Shown: positions 9,342 through 17,490 of the stretch, in pieces
How positions within the stretch are numbered: the stretch's first letter is position 1
Layout: every line of letters begins with the position of its first letter
Source of the DNA: Bacillota bacterium
GTDB taxonomy: Bacteria; Bacillota; Limnochordia; Darwinibacteriales; DTU012
Length of the DNA: 38,774 nucleotides
NCBI GenBank assembly: GCA_012798795.1
Contig: JAAZMN010000038.1
Span: 1-38,774 of the forward strand
Reading direction: 5' to 3'
Notes under the pieces: generated by a model
Database searches by the model: none
Told to the model about the DNA's origin: nothing
The model's input: only the letters and a program-made list of their open reading frames with translations
Made by a program: the position numbers and the translations under genes

Positions 9342-10228
9342 TTTACTTCATATTGATTACTAACCGGATCATAAATTATCCGGTTTATTTTTCCCCTATT
9401 TCCTACCTGCATTATCCGATATTCTAATTTTGGTAAGTAAAGGTACGCTGCTCTAAGAGGTCTAATTTCGACTCTAGGTTTAGCACGTTTCATCAGTTCT
9501 GCAATTCGTATATTTTTTTGTTTAGAATCGGGCAGGCTCTGAAAGTAATCTTCTAATTGAGTGCGTTCTGCTTCTACCTGTTCGGCAGCAATAATTGCCC
9601 AGGCAGGATCAGAAAAACTCAGCTGTTCAGTAAGTTCTTCTTGCAGGCGAGTATAGGCTTGTTTATAGCTTAATTTTCGGCGATATTGAGGTTGTTTATC
9701 GGCGATAGTACCCGGTTTTAACAGATCAGCTGGAATTTCATAATTGACAACTTTTCCGTTGACTAAGTCTACTGGTATTTTCCGTAATTCTTCTCGTTTT
9801 TCGTATGCTAAGTAAGTCAAAAGGACGGTAAACCACAGGTAGGGACCGTAAACATACTTGTAATCAATTAAGTACCATCGATAACCGGGTTGTTTAATTT
9901 CGAGTCTATTAAGAATTTTACTGCGGATTGCCGGTTCATAAAAAGTATTGTGGGGAAGATAGCCTGAAGCTAGGATGGCTTGTTTTTTAATTAGACGGAT
10001 TAACGCATTTAGCCGATAACTGCCATAGCTGATTAGTTCGGCACCATAGGTTTCAGCTAACTGCTTATTAAAAGTAAATTGAAAAAGTCGGCCTTTAGCA
10101 CGCCAACCGTCTAATTCTTTTGCAAGTTGTTCATCTATATGAACCTGAAAAATTCCTTTGCGTATCTCTACAGGTTTTAAACTGCAGAGTTTAAAAAATT
10201 GAAATACCAAATCTTGAATTTGTTTCAT
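9338..10228 (-). CDS. yqhG: YqhG family protein
   Basis: Directly downstream of yqhH-like SNF2 gene; ELISYGSYRL, PYLW, DLVNG, WA..A....EAE...LEDYF; ATG 10228 after AAGGAG. Confidence 0.65.
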   Translation of the reverse strand: MKQIQDLVFQFFKLCSLKPVEIRKGIFQVHIDEQLAKELDGWRAKGRLFQFTFNKQLAETYGAELISYGSYRLNALIRLIKKQAILASGYLPHNTFYEPAIRSKILNRLEIKQPGYRWYLIDYKYVYGPYLWFTVLLTYLAYEKREELRKIPVDLVNGKVVNYEIPADLLKPGTIADKQPQYRRKLSYKQAYTRLQEELTEQLSFSDPAWAIIAAEQVEAERTQLEDYFQSLPDSKQKNIRIAELMKRAKPRVEIRPLRAAYLYLPKLEYRIMQVGNRGKINRIIYDPVSNQYEVN

Positions 10229-10238
10229 AACATTCTCC

Positions 10239-12029
10239 TTAGAAAATATTCCATGTTTGCTTTTTAATTTCTTCACGAGCTTCTAGTATAATATTTCCAA
10301 GGTTTTCTAATTCTTGATGAATTTTTTCTTTGGAATCCTGCCTGATAAAGATGTTCATTAATTGGCTTTCAAATGACTTATCTAGTTTTAGGTGCAGCAG
10401 AATGGCATCTAATTCTCCCAATACCATCTGAAACATATTAATCTTTTCGTGCAGCAGAAACATAATGTGTTCTTCAATGGTATTCTTAGTGACCAAATTA
10501 TAAATATTGACATCTTTAGTCTGCCCTAATCGATGAATTCGACCGATACGCTGTTCCAATCGCATGGGATTCCAGGGAAGGTCATAGTTGATTACATGGT
10601 TACAGAATTGAAAATTCAGTCCTTCTCCGCCTGATTCAGTGCTTACTAGAATACCACCGTCTTTTTGAAACAGATAACGAACCCATTCTTTGCGTCCCCG
10701 TGATAGGCTGCCGTCAAAAGCAAGAGTTTTGAAATTGGTTCGTTCTAATCGATATCGTATGTATTCTTGCGATGCTTTGTATTCTGTAAAAATAATGATG
10801 CGGTCATTAATCTTTGCTGCTAGCTTTTCTACAATGTCGCATTTGCTGTTCTGTTTTACATTTACAGCTTCACTAATCAGTTTCACAATATCAGATTCAT
10901 CGCCCAAATTATATTTTTGTGCCATTTTTTCTAAAGTCAATCCGGCAGCGTAAAAGCTGCTGCATACTTCTCTCTGCAGTGTTATTAATGGTAAAATATT
11001 AGTCTGGAAGGGCAGGGCTTTACTTGATTTTCTAATTAGATTCGTAATTTGATTATAAAGTCTTTTTTCAGCATCCGAAAGATGCACAAGAATGGGGAAG
11101 ACATTTCTTTTTGTAAATTCTACCGTGCCTTCACCACGGCGGTTGCGAATAATTACTCCGGAAAGCAGCTGCCGTAGACTCTCAGGATTTTTAGGGGTTC
11201 GCATATCAATCATAAATTTCTTTTTAAATGAACGATAACTGCCTAACTGTCCTGGTTTAAGCAGAGTAATCAAGTTGTAGAGTTCTTTAAGGTTATTCTG
11301 GATGGGAGTTGCTGTAAGCATTAAGCAATACTTTTTTTGTAAGGAATTAACTAATTTAAAAGCAGCAGTAGAACTGTTTTTTAGTTTATGTGCTTCGTCA
11401 ATTATTAGCATATCATAAGGAATATTCTGGATTATTTTGGCGTGAGGTTCTCTTTTAGCAGTGTCTATAGAAGCAATTAAAATATCAGCATGTTCCCAAT
11501 CCCACTGGCTTTTTTGAATTCCGGCTTGGATATCAAATTTTTCGTATAGCTCTTGGTACCACTGCCAGCAGAGCGAAGCTGGCGTTAAAATTAAAACATT
11601 TTTAACCAATCCCCGCAGCATATATTCTTTGAGAATAATTCCTGCTTCAATTGTTTTTCCTAACCCAACTTCATCTGCTAAAATTGCCAGTCCTTGAAAT
11701 TCTTGTAACACTTTTTCTGCTGTTTTGATCTGATGGGGGTAAGGTATTACACCTACTTGTTTCCATCTTTCAGCCAAATGTTCAGTACAGAGTAAGTTGG
11801 TAAATCCATGGGTTAGTGAAAGTAAATCTGCAATTTGAGCCAAGCGATGCCAATTAAGATCATCATAATTTCTCTTTCGTATTTGACGGATAATGTTTCG
11901 AAAACCAGAAAGGGAATATTTCACTGAAAAATGTTTCAGTGAAATAGGTTCAAGGAAGATTTCTTCTTTATCATCTTTTGAGTCCGTATAGTTAAACAGC
12001 GGTACGTTAATCTGTAATGGATCAAGCAA
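10239..12029 (-). CDS. yqhH: YqhH-like SNF2 family helicase/ATPase
   Basis: ILADEVGLGKT, IIDEAH, LTATPIQN, GGEGLNFQ, YDLPWNPMRLEQRIGRIHRLGQ; AAGGAGG RBS, TTG start. Confidence 0.9.
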   Translation of the reverse strand: MLDPLQINVPLFNYTDSKDDKEEIFLEPISLKHFSVKYSLSGFRNIIRQIRKRNYDDLNWHRLAQIADLLSLTHGFTNLLCTEHLAERWKQVGVIPYPHQIKTAEKVLQEFQGLAILADEVGLGKTIEAGIILKEYMLRGLVKNVLILTPASLCWQWYQELYEKFDIQAGIQKSQWDWEHADILIASIDTAKREPHAKIIQNIPYDMLIIDEAHKLKNSSTAAFKLVNSLQKKYCLMLTATPIQNNLKELYNLITLLKPGQLGSYRSFKKKFMIDMRTPKNPESLRQLLSGVIIRNRRGEGTVEFTKRNVFPILVHLSDAEKRLYNQITNLIRKSSKALPFQTNILPLITLQREVCSSFYAAGLTLEKMAQKYNLGDESDIVKLISEAVNVKQNSKCDIVEKLAAKINDRIIIFTEYKASQEYIRYRLERTNFKTLAFDGSLSRGRKEWVRYLFQKDGGILVSTESGGEGLNFQFCNHVINYDLPWNPMRLEQRIGRIHRLGQTKDVNIYNLVTKNTIEEHIMFLLHEKINMFQMVLGELDAILLHLKLDKSFESQLMNIFIRQDSKEKIHQELENLGNIILEAREEIKKQTWNIF

Positions 12030-12058
12030 TGAGTATCCTCCTTGGTTTAGTCTAATAG

Positions 12059-12088
12059 TAGTGTTGCCGAATTTGTTTTTGCTTATCC
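12059..12088 (-). promoter_or_regulatory. sigmaF/sigmaG-type promoter of yqhH-yqhG
   Basis: Minus strand GGATA-N15-GGCAACACTA; B. subtilis yqhHG is a forespore sigmaF operon. Confidence 0.65.
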
Positions 12089-12094
12089 ATTGGA

Positions 12095-12157
12095 AAAATA
12101 AAAATCATCCTATTTATCTTGGTAAACAAAAAAGATATTTAGGATGATTTTTATTTT
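12095..12157 (-). terminator. Long intrinsic terminator ending the atp operon
   Basis: Perfect 18-nt arms AAAATAAAAATCATCCTA / TAGGATGATTTTTATTTT plus inner TATCTT/AAGATA; overlaps atpH stop. Confidence 0.78.
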
Positions 12158-12680
12158 AGTTAAAAAGCAGAGTTTGTTTTAACTGTTTGAATGAATTAAC
12201 CAAGCTTAAGTCAATTATTTTCCCGTCAACTTCTATGCTTAAACCTCCCCAAATACGTGGGTCAATAGTGGTTTCTACATCAATTTTTTTACGAGTCAGA
12301 GCTGCTAAACGCTGTTGAATTTCTTCAACGGTTTCTTCATCGAGTTGGACTGCAGAACGAATATAAGCTACAGTCATATTCCGCTTTTGATTCAGGATCT
12401 TGGTAAACTCCCGAGAAATAAATTCTAACAAAACCGCACGATTTTTTTCAAAAACCAGCAGTAAAAAGGGTTCTAGCGGTGTACCTAGATCTAAAGAACG
12501 GACTAATTTGTGCTTCATCGACAGTGTAGTCTGTGGATGAAGTAAAAAATTTTGTATTTCTGGTTCTAAAAAGGATGTGCTGACTTGATCTAACAGCTGA
12601 CTGATTTTAGTTAAGTCATCTTCTGCAGTAACCTGGTAAAGAGCTTGTGCGTATCGAACTGCTACATTGATATCACTCAT
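12156..12680 (-). CDS. atpH: F-type ATP synthase subunit delta
   Basis: VAVRYAQAL, SAVQL, IDPRIWGGL.IEVDGKIIDLS; ATG 12680 overlaps atpF stop (ATGA). Confidence 0.92.
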   Translation of the reverse strand: MSDINVAVRYAQALYQVTAEDDLTKISQLLDQVSTSFLEPEIQNFLLHPQTTLSMKHKLVRSLDLGTPLEPFLLLVFEKNRAVLLEFISREFTKILNQKRNMTVAYIRSAVQLDEETVEEIQQRLAALTRKKIDVETTIDPRIWGGLSIEVDGKIIDLSLVNSFKQLKQTLLFN

Positions 12681-13183
12681 TGCCATTCACCTGTTTCTTG
12701 CTGCTCTAAAGTATTCAATGCATCATCAATCAGTTTCTGATGTTTAGCTTGGTCAAGGGAATCTTGGATAATCTTAGCTGAAATAGTTATGGCAAGATCT
12801 GCAACTTCATCTTTTAGAGATTCTTTAAGTTGGGCCCGTTCCAATGTAAGTTCTTCTTTTGTTCGTTTATAAATCAAATCCGCTTCTTTTTTGGCTTCTG
12901 CTACCATTTCAGTTTGAATTTCTTCACCACGACGAACTGCCTGATCTAAATATTCTTTTGCTTTTTGTTTACTTTGTTTTAGTTCAGCCTCTAATTGATT
13001 ATGCAGTTTAGCGGCGGCTTCATTCTGTTCGTTTGCAGATTTAATTTGTTGTTCAATACTGCGAGTACGCTCATCTAAAAAGCTGCGTACCGGTTTATAG
13101 AGCAATCTTGTTAGGATAATAAGGAGCAAAATAAAGTTAACGGTTGACGCTAACATAGTGCTTGTGTCAAACAATATCCTCAC
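12677..13183 (-). CDS. atpF: Fo subunit b
   Basis: VNFILLLIILTRLLYKPVRSFLDER then long charged coiled coil; start GTG 13183 or TTG 13174. Confidence 0.93.
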   Translation of the reverse strand: MRILFDTSTMLASTVNFILLLIILTRLLYKPVRSFLDERTRSIEQQIKSANEQNEAAAKLHNQLEAELKQSKQKAKEYLDQAVRRGEEIQTEMVAEAKKEADLIYKRTKEELTLERAQLKESLKDEVADLAITISAKIIQDSLDQAKHQKLIDDALNTLEQQETGEWQ

Positions 13184-13228
13184 CCTTTTAATATGAATCT
13201 GGTTTGTCTACTTAAACAGCAGCTAACA

Positions 13229-13259
13229 ATAGGGTACAGTTTAGTTGACTGCACCCTAT
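13229..13259 (-). promoter_or_regulatory. Intercistronic stem-loop after atpE
   Basis: mRNA AUAGGGUGCAGU-caacuaa-ACUGUACCCUAU, 12 bp with a G-U pair only on the minus strand. Confidence 0.65.
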
Positions 13260-13264
13260 AATTG

Positions 13265-13543
13265 CTAGCCAAGCAGTTCCATTAGTTTGTTAAATAAAGG
13301 TACTGCAATAGTAAAAATTAGTAACAATGATACAGCCAATGAATAAACACCTGTGGATTCGGAGATGACTTGACCAAGAATCATCGTAGTTCTAAGAGTG
13401 TCCGAAGCTTCAGGATTTCTTGCCATTCCTTCAACTGCTTTACCTGCTACATATCCCTCAGCAATAGCTACTCCGGCTCCTGCTAATAAAGCAATACCTG
13501 AACCTATTGCAATGGCAGCAATAATTATTGCAATCTCTAGCAT
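13265..13543 (-). CDS. atpE: Fo subunit c, Na+-type signature
   Basis: Two TM helices, ARNPE loop, E29 and E62-S63-T64-x-x-Y67. Confidence 0.96.
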   Translation of the reverse strand: MLEIAIIIAAIAIGSGIALLAGAGVAIAEGYVAGKAVEGMARNPEASDTLRTTMILGQVISESTGVYSLAVSLLLIFTIAVPLFNKLMELLG

Positions 13544-13564
13544 TAATCTCCCTCCTTTCTTGGC

Positions 13565-14209
13565 CTACTCTAAACGAATTTGGATATAGGTAAGTGCCAA
13601 TAATGTAAAAACAAAGGCTTGAATAGCTCCCATAAATACTCCAAACCACAGCATAATCGGAATTGGGACTACATATGGAACAAACATATAGAGTATGTTT
13701 AAAATTACTGCCCCACCAAAAATATTTCCGTAAAGCCTGAATGAGTGAGACAACACTTTAGATAACTCACCAATAACATTTAAAGGAAACATAATCCAGT
13801 AAGGACTAAAATATCCTTTAATATAAGCACCCAAACCTTTCACTTTTATTTCATTAACGTGTGCTACTATTAATACAATCAATGCCAATGTAAATGTAAC
13901 ACTAAGATCTTGTGTAGGTGATTCACAACCAGGAACAAGTCCTATTATGTTTGCAGTAAAGACGAATAACGCAACAGTTATAATAAAAGGAGTATAGACT
14001 CTGCCGTTTTCTCCTAAATGTTTGACAACTAATGAGTCAATACCATCGACGATTAGTTCTACGATATGCTGTGTGCCTGTAGGAATAGTTTTTAAATTAC
14101 GAGTAAAAACGAAACTGGCAACAGCCAAAATCAGCAGGATAATCCAGGTAAAAAAAATAGATTGAGTGATGGGTATTGAAAAAACAGTAAACAGTACTTC
14201 TGGTTGCAT
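13565..14209 (-). CDS. atpB: Fo subunit a
   Basis: NIIGLVP, SPT.DL, LSHSFRLYGN (essential Arg), IQAFVFTLL. Confidence 0.96.
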   Translation of the reverse strand: MQPEVLFTVFSIPITQSIFFTWIILLILAVASFVFTRNLKTIPTGTQHIVELIVDGIDSLVVKHLGENGRVYTPFIITVALFVFTANIIGLVPGCESPTQDLSVTFTLALIVLIVAHVNEIKVKGLGAYIKGYFSPYWIMFPLNVIGELSKVLSHSFRLYGNIFGGAVILNILYMFVPYVVPIPIMLWFGVFMGAIQAFVFTLLALTYIQIRLE

Positions 14210-14221
14210 TTTAGTCTCTCC

Positions 14222-14587
14222 TTAGTTTCTCTTTTGTAACAAAACAAAAGTAACAGTGATGAATTTAGGTAATAGCAATCCGATTAAAGTTGCAGCAAAA
14301 TTAGTATAAGGGTTGACAATACCCACTGTCAGAGTAATTGCGTACATTCCATAACGTTTAAAATAGTTTCTTAACGCTTGTTTTTTCACATTAGAAACGG
14401 AGCTACTTGTTAATTTGTATACATCTAGCGTTAAGATACGAAAAATAAACGCACCCATAAGGCCGCCAAGAATAATTCCAAGAGCAAATTGATAATATGC
14501 AGGGAGAATTAAAATTAATAATCCTCCTATGAGAATTGGTGTTATAATAGCGGCTGAATAAATAGTTTTTTCAAGAGGTTGTTTCAT
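14222..14587 (-). CDS. atpI: ATP synthase protein I (UncI)
   Basis: Four TM helices, basic loop RNYFKRY, precedes atpB; ATG 14587 overlaps upstream stop (ATGA). Confidence 0.85.
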   Translation of the reverse strand: MKQPLEKTIYSAAIITPILIGGLLILILPAYYQFALGIILGGLMGAFIFRILTLDVYKLTSSSVSNVKKQALRNYFKRYGMYAITLTVGIVNPYTNFAATLIGLLLPKFITVTFVLLQKRN

Positions 14588-14805
14588 TTGTCCCAATCAT
14601 CCAAGGATATTTTAATCAAAATTTGATAAGCGGTCCAAAGACCCGATGCGACACCAAGGAAAATAAAAATCAGTGTCAAAATAATAGTTGTACCAAATAA
14701 TTTGTCAAGATATAATCCAATCAGAGTGCAAATTGCCACTGATAATATAATTGTTAATGCTATCTGGGTAAACAAACCTAAATATTTCCAAGGATTTTGG
14801 CTCAT
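14584..14805 (-). CDS. atpZ: AtpZ/AtpQ family small membrane protein
   Basis: 73 aa, IGLYLDKLFGT hairpin motif, first gene of the atp operon. Confidence 0.85.
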   Translation of the reverse strand: MSQNPWKYLGLFTQIALTIILSVAICTLIGLYLDKLFGTTIILTLIFIFLGVASGLWTAYQILIKISLDDWDK

Positions 14806-14824
14806 TGTTTTACCCCTTGCTTAT

Positions 14825-14853
14825 ATTCTATCTAATAACTGCTGCATAATCAA
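14825..14853 (-). promoter_or_regulatory. sigmaA promoter of the atp operon
   Basis: Minus strand TTGATT-N17-TAGAAT, 19 nt above the atpZ ATG. Confidence 0.7.
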
Positions 14854-14988
14854 TTCCACAGAATACCATTATTTCCTTCTTTTTTTAGATAGATATTTGC
14901 TTAATTGAGGTTTAATGAGGAGGAAAACAACTATCAAAAATAGAAACTCACAAATAGATTATAATTAAGTATGTGAGGAAATCTAGAA

Positions 14989-16332
14989 ATGTCGAAAACT
15001 GTTGGAATAATATCCTTGGGCTGTGCCAAAAACTTAGTTGACACTGAAATTGCCCTCGGATATCTGCATGAAGCCGGTTATACAATTGTTACAGAGCCAA
15101 AATTAGCACAGATTTTGATTGTAAACACCTGCGGATTTATTGATCCGGCTAAAGAGGAGTCGATTAATTGTATACTAGAGATGGCAGAGTATAAAAATAT
15201 AGGCGTGTGCCGCTGCTTAATTGTGATGGGTTGTCTGTCAACTCGTTACAGGGATGAATTGTGGAACGAGATTCCTGAAATAGACGGGTTATTGGGGATA
15301 TCAGAAATGGCACTTATCCCTAAAATTATTGCTAAAATCCTATCTGGCCAACGGGTTTACTGTTTTAGAGATCAGTATTTTTCTTATGATGATCCTCAAA
15401 TACCGAGAATAATTTCAACCGGAAGACACAGTGCATATCTAAAAATTGCCGAAGGCTGTAATCACCGCTGTGCTTTTTGTATTATACCCAAAATCCGGGG
15501 ACCGTATCGTTCGCGAAAATTTGAGGCTGTAATTGCTGAAGCAGAAAAACTTGCTGTCAGTGGTGTTAAAGAGCTTAATGTAATAGCACAAGATACAACT
15601 AAGTACGGTACTGATTTAGAAAATAATTATTCCTTAGTAGATTTATTAACGGAATTAGTTAAAATTGATATACCTTGGATTCGTCTTTTATATGCTTATC
15701 CTGCTTTTTTTCCAGACGAAATAATTGATTTAATGGCTCGGCATGACAATTTGATCAGTTATATTGACTTGCCGCTGCAGCATGCGTCCGCATCGATACT
15801 GCGGCGGATGAGGCGTCCGGGTAGTTATGAGAGCAGCTTGGCGTTAATTAAGAAAATTCGCAGCCGAATACCTGATGCAGCAGTGAGAAGTTCATTTATT
15901 GTTGGTTTTCCTGGAGAAACCAAGGAGGATTTTAATCTACTATTGGATTTTCTAGCTGAAGCCAAACTGCAGCACTGCGGTATATTTCAATTTTCTGCTG
16001 AGGAAGGTACTGCTGCGTATTCTATGCCGGAACAGATCAGTGATGAGATTAAAAATCAGCGTTATGATCAAGCCATGTTACTGCAGCAGCAGATTTCTTT
16101 TGCCCATCAGCAAAAGCTAATCGGCCGTAAGTTAGAAGTTTTAATTGAAGGTCGCTCGGATGAAAGTGAATTAGTGATTGTCGGCAGGCACCGCCATCAA
16201 GCACCTGATGTCGATGGTCTAGTATATATAGGTAACAAGCAGGCAAACATAGGAGATTTAGTTAATGTTAAGATAATTCAAGCTCATCCATATGATTTGG
16301 TTGGAGAGATTATAGAAGGGGATGTCAAGTAA
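14989..16332 (+). CDS. rimO: Ribosomal protein S12 methylthiotransferase RimO
   Basis: SLGCAKNLVD, NTCGFI, AYLKIAEGCNHRCAFC, APDVDG TRAM; adjacent to pgsA. Confidence 0.95.
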   Translation: MSKTVGIISLGCAKNLVDTEIALGYLHEAGYTIVTEPKLAQILIVNTCGFIDPAKEESINCILEMAEYKNIGVCRCLIVMGCLSTRYRDELWNEIPEIDGLLGISEMALIPKIIAKILSGQRVYCFRDQYFSYDDPQIPRIISTGRHSAYLKIAEGCNHRCAFCIIPKIRGPYRSRKFEAVIAEAEKLAVSGVKELNVIAQDTTKYGTDLENNYSLVDLLTELVKIDIPWIRLLYAYPAFFPDEIIDLMARHDNLISYIDLPLQHASASILRRMRRPGSYESSLALIKKIRSRIPDAAVRSSFIVGFPGETKEDFNLLLDFLAEAKLQHCGIFQFSAEEGTAAYSMPEQISDEIKNQRYDQAMLLQQQISFAHQQKLIGRKLEVLIEGRSDESELVIVGRHRHQAPDVDGLVYIGNKQANIGDLVNVKIIQAHPYDLVGEIIEGDVK

Positions 16333-16851
16333 ATGGGGTTGGCTAATTGGATCACAATGTTCCGGATTTTTATTGTACCAATATTTATGGCTTTTGTCTT
16401 AAGTGGAGATCCATACGGCAGTTTTCTGGCAGCTATCGTATTTGGGATTGCCGCAATCACTGATGGGTTAGACGGATATGTTGCGAGAAAGCGCAAACAG
16501 GTTACTAAGTTTGGAAAATTGATTGATCCGGTGGCTGATAAGCTGCTGATCAGTTCTGCTTTAATCAGTTTAGTAGAGCTAGATCAGATTAGTGCCTGGA
16601 TTGCAGTAATAATTATTGGCCGAGAGTTTGCAGTATCTGGTCTGAGAATTTTAGCTGCTGCAGAAGGTGTAGTTATTGCTGCAACTATTTGGGGGAAAAT
16701 TAAAACACTTACCCAGATAATCGCCATATTATTTATGCTGCTAGACGTGAAAGGTGCGATGGTTATTATGTGGTTAGCAGTTGTGGCAACAATAGTATCT
16801 GGTGTGGATTACTTTGTTAATGCTCAGGAACTACTGAAGAAGAAAGCTTGA
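16333..16851 (+). CDS. pgsA: CDP-diacylglycerol--glycerol-3-phosphate phosphatidyltransferase
   Basis: TDGLDGYVARK...FGKLIDPVADKLL, REFAVSGLR. Confidence 0.96.
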   Translation: MGLANWITMFRIFIVPIFMAFVLSGDPYGSFLAAIVFGIAAITDGLDGYVARKRKQVTKFGKLIDPVADKLLISSALISLVELDQISAWIAVIIIGREFAVSGLRILAAAEGVVIAATIWGKIKTLTQIIAILFMLLDVKGAMVIMWLAVVATIVSGVDYFVNAQELLKKKA

Positions 16852-16899
16852 GTTAAAAATATGAGGATGTATGTTCCTCGATATTTTATTGTCAAAATA

Positions 16900-16919
16900 C
16901 CTGACTGATATAAGTCAGG
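16900..16919 (+). terminator. Short hairpin after pgsA
   Basis: CCTGACT-gatata-AGTCAGG then CTTT. Confidence 0.4.
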
Positions 16920-16937
16920 CTTTAATGAGAGAGGGTG

Positions 16938-17477
16938 ATGTTCTTGGAATTAGGAGGTTTCCGGATTAAAATTGTACTACTGGTTTTTATTATAACTTTG
17001 TCTCTTGCACTTGGAGTTCAGTATCTCAGTTATCAGAAGCGAGTGATTGAACCTATTATAAGGGTGTTTTCGGAAATAGACGGAGTAATTCAAATTGAAA
17101 CGGAGAGACAGCATTCTGGTATAAAATTGATTATCGCTCTTGGAGATTGCGCCAGATTTGATCAAGTAATGCATAATATCCTATCTGCAGCTGAAAGATT
17201 TGATTCACTTTTAAAAATTGAGATTAAAGATGCTGGAAACAGCAGGTTAGAACAGATTTATCATGAAATGCACTACGCAATTGAACAGGCTGTAGTAATA
17301 GGCGATTTTAGAGAAATGGCTGTGGTGATTGAAGAGATTGCCCAACAGAATAACATTAAGTATCGAATTACAATTGATAGAGAATATGTTTATCTTCAAT
17401 TACATGAAGCCGATAATTATTTATATCAGTTAATATGCCGTCACAATCAACCGATTGCAGTACGTTTTGAACGATAG
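16938..17477 (+). CDS. Hypothetical membrane-anchored protein
   Basis: One N-terminal hydrophobic helix then about 150 aa soluble domain; start GTG 16935/ATG 16938 uncertain. Confidence 0.75.
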   Translation: MFLELGGFRIKIVLLVFIITLSLALGVQYLSYQKRVIEPIIRVFSEIDGVIQIETERQHSGIKLIIALGDCARFDQVMHNILSAAERFDSLLKIEIKDAGNSRLEQIYHEMHYAIEQAVVIGDFREMAVVIEEIAQQNNIKYRITIDREYVYLQLHEADNYLYQLICRHNQPIAVRFER

Positions 17478-17490
17478 AGGGGGGCATTAA

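Noticed and set aside
9338-12029. SNF2 helicase pair as a defence system or as a replacement motor for Fo
   Set aside because: It matches the conserved sporulation pair yqhH-yqhG, has its own sigmaF-like promoter and is separated from atpH by a terminator.
12156-14805. N-ATPase operon
   Set aside because: N-ATPases have the order atpDCQRBEFAG and lack a separate delta; here delta is separate and no F1 catalytic genes flank the cluster.
14990-14996. Spo0A box controlling the atp operon
   Set aside because: A single TGTCGAA inside the first rimO codons, far from the atp promoter; expected by chance.
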